From Amoebophrya sp. A120 (lineage: Eukaryota > Protista > Dinoflagellata), in the NCBI GenBank assembly GCA_905178155.1, contig CAJINV010000005.1, positions 984,564-1,048,563 on the forward strand: 64,000 bases of DNA, in the 5' to 3' direction. Below, piece by piece: positions 61,707-64,000 of this stretch. The translations under genes were made by a program, and so were the position numbers. Position 1 is the stretch's first letter, and each line of letters starts with the position of its first letter. The notes below the pieces were generated by a model. That model did no database searches. It was given only the letters and a program-made list of their open reading frames with translations, and was not told the origin of the DNA.

Positions 61707-62151
61707 GATAGCGTAATGAGGAAAGGTAATTTCTCACTCAGAGTGCAAAACGTCAACAGGTAGAAAAAGTAGATACAGTCAGAATTCTATGGACACTTCT
61801 AATCTTTTGGTGCACCGCTCAAGTGTTCGAGATGTGAACAGTGGCTCTAACTGTGTTGTGAGGCGCTAGCTTAGCACGAGTGCGCACGATCTTCGTTTTG
61901 CTCGCTTTTTGTACAAACAGGTCCTCCGCCTCACCCCTTAGAGTTAGATCTCAATTTATTATGACCCCACCTTTTTTTTGAAGGCTTAGGCATGTAGTGT
62001 TTTTCCTTGTTCTCTTTACCCGCGCACTGTATTTCCCAAGACAAGAACGACAGCGAGAAACCCCTCTGGCTCAACAATCAAGCTACTTACTCTGCGCAGA
62101 AGATCTCCCACGCCCCACGCCCAAAATAAAGATAAAACAAAAATCCACGCC

Positions 62152-63930
62152 ATGCCCCCCGACAAGCGATGGCGGAAAGAAGCGCACGAACTGTGGGCTT
62201 CCAAGTCCATCTCTGCCTGTCGTGCGGTGGCCTTGGAGCTCCAGAGCGACGTCGTGCTGGATTTCAAGGACAGGAAAAACCTGTTTACCTTGATGGCCCT
62301 CGATTTAAGAAGTCAAAACTTCCCAGTCGATACCGTCACGGCGGATGGAAATAAGTCGGGGTCAGCTGATGTCGACGCAGTGCGATTGAGCAACGCGATC
62401 GCGAGCCCGAGTGTGACGCTGTCGGTGAAGCGGGACGAGGGGAACGAGAACCGGCTCTGGGTGCAGGCGAAAGGTGGTCGTGGGGACGAGGGCGGCCATG
62501 GTGTAGTTCATGATCCAACTACGACGGGGAATCTTGCAAGCGTACCCAGCGCGACGCACGCCTACATGCTGGAATTTCTATTGGAGGAAGAGCACGACAT
62601 TACGACCCATCCCTACGACAATTTCAGGTACGCCCTCCGCTTCATCGTCCCCTTCGCCTACCCGCACACCGCGCCGTTTGTGTGTTTCGTGAAGACAACG
62701 TTTCTACTCGAGCGACCCCGCCCTGCTGTTCAAACGGTGATCCCCTACCACCCAAACATTTGCCCCTCCACCGGGTCGATTTGCATGGATCTGCTGAACG
62801 CCGGCAGCCTGTGGTCGCCAGTGCTAACGCTGCTGACAACGAAATTGGCCATCACGTCGCTACTGCAGACGCCGAACGAGGATCACGGACTGAATGGCTA
62901 CGCGATTCGATTATACCGGGAGCTGGTAGTGAACGCGGGGAAGAGGCAATTTTTCTCTCGTGACGGGATAGCGGGGAGAACAAGAACACCTGCTATAATA
63001 TCCACAGAACGGGAACAAGATAATTCCGAGCCTGTCACCCCTGGTGTCTATTTTGACCAGCAGCTTCACGACCAGCTACTCGAGCAAGATAAGGGCGAAA
63101 ACTTCGATTTTCCGGACGCGAAAAGCGTGGAGGCACGGCAGGAGGTGGAGAATCAGCTGCAGAAAGTGCACAACACGTTTTTGCGGTTCGAGAGGTTTGA
63201 CTGGAAAAGATGTGACTTGGAAACTTTGGCAAACTGGGGCCCGGTTCTCTACAGAGAGTGGGTGCGGGCGAAGATGCTGCAGGAAAACCCTCAAGCAACG
63301 CGGTCGAGAAAGGGCTTGAGTGCGGAATTTTTGACGCCCGAGGTGGATAGAGCAGGTGTTTTTGTCAGGTATGATGAAGCAGCTGCTGTCACACCGGCGG
63401 CACCAGCACGGGTGAATGCTGCTGGGTTTTCTGCAATCGGTGGGGCCTCTGGAGAGATACGCGCTGAGCCGCGTGACGTTGTTGCGGTGGAACAACCACA
63501 CCTAAGTCAGGGGTCCGTGCTGACGCAAAGACGAGGGGCAAGGCAGGGAGGTGCGGCGAATGAGAATAGCACAGGAGAAGTTCTTCAAGATGCTCGGCTC
63601 ACTGAGCAAGAAGGACTACAAAAATCACCCTCTGCTGCACCACCGAGGCCAAAACTCTTCGAAAAAACGTACTTCCAAGAATTCCAGCGCCAGAGCCGAA
63701 AATTCTATGCCAGCGTGCCGGCGCCTTTGAAGCTTGTCGCGGGGTTTTTGGTGTTTCTTATCGTGTATGGCCGGGTGGAGAAGATGCTTGCTCGGGTGAA
63801 TTTTTCCACTGAGGAGCCTTCGCCTTCGGCAAAACACCACCAGAAACACAGAGCCTCTTCGGCTGAACTTCTGAACCACCAGTTACGAGGGCTCGAACAA
63901 AACTCCTGGATGGTGAATTTGTTGCGTTGA
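62152..63930 (+). CDS. Ubiquitin-conjugating enzyme E2 domain protein with a long C-terminal extension and a possible TM
   Basis: YPHTAPFVCF..YHPNICPSTGSICMDLL..WSPVLTL..ITSLLQTPNEDHGLN (HPN motif plus catalytic Cys). Hydrophobic LVAGFLVFLIVYG. Confidence 0.9.
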   Translation: MPPDKRWRKEAHELWASKSISACRAVALELQSDVVLDFKDRKNLFTLMALDLRSQNFPVDTVTADGNKSGSADVDAVRLSNAIASPSVTLSVKRDEGNENRLWVQAKGGRGDEGGHGVVHDPTTTGNLASVPSATHAYMLEFLLEEEHDITTHPYDNFRYALRFIVPFAYPHTAPFVCFVKTTFLLERPRPAVQTVIPYHPNICPSTGSICMDLLNAGSLWSPVLTLLTTKLAITSLLQTPNEDHGLNGYAIRLYRELVVNAGKRQFFSRDGIAGRTRTPAIISTEREQDNSEPVTPGVYFDQQLHDQLLEQDKGENFDFPDAKSVEARQEVENQLQKVHNTFLRFERFDWKRCDLETLANWGPVLYREWVRAKMLQENPQATRSRKGLSAEFLTPEVDRAGVFVRYDEAAAVTPAAPARVNAAGFSAIGGASGEIRAEPRDVVAVEQPHLSQGSVLTQRRGARQGGAANENSTGEVLQDARLTEQEGLQKSPSAAPPRPKLFEKTYFQEFQRQSRKFYASVPAPLKLVAGFLVFLIVYGRVEKMLARVNFSTEEPSPSAKHHQKHRASSAELLNHQLRGLEQNSWMVNLLR

Positions 63931-64000
63931 TATGCAAGTACTCACCGCCATAAAGCAGGAGAGCGGGGCAGAACACTATGTATTCGTACTCAGTTCTACT

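Noticed and set aside
1-64000. Autonomous transposase or reverse transcriptase for the introners
   Set aside because: No DDE, tyrosine-recombinase or RT motifs recognised in any ORF, including the unknown 16354-17970 protein. A profile search would be needed to exclude this fully.

Overview
Eukaryotic, intron-containing genomic DNA with about 17 protein-coding genes, all on the + strand, and one 100-N assembly gap. The dominant feature is a set of at least 17 short non-autonomous DNA-transposon-like elements (149-322 bp, six TIR families) inserted inside coding exons. Every one starts TAT, ends ATA, has an A-tract at about positions 11-15 of the left terminus and is flanked by a 5-bp target-site duplication (TSD). 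Removing element plus one TSD copy restores the host reading frame in every case, so they behave as non-GT-AG 'introner' introns. Together with the unidirectional gene order, this strongly suggests a parasitic dinoflagellate such as Amoebophrya (Syndiniales); this is inference, not a database result. Additional structure seen here: a terminal grammar shared by all families, an internal TTGTNATGC motif lattice, neighbouring elements spaced 58-80 bp apart, and two retroelement-like fragments nested inside introners. Notable genes are a SLOG(LSDAT)-SLATT-SLATT protein resembling bacterial nucleotide-sensing effectors, a STAS-less SulP, a PAN/Apple surface protein, Mrs2/CorA with an EF-hand, RPLP2, an ERI1-like pseudo-nuclease, an EF-hand/Kv/C2 channel, two methyltransferases and a UBC E2. 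Two tandem C/D-box snoRNAs targeting LSU rRNA are also present. All gene models were spliced by hand, with no transcript evidence.
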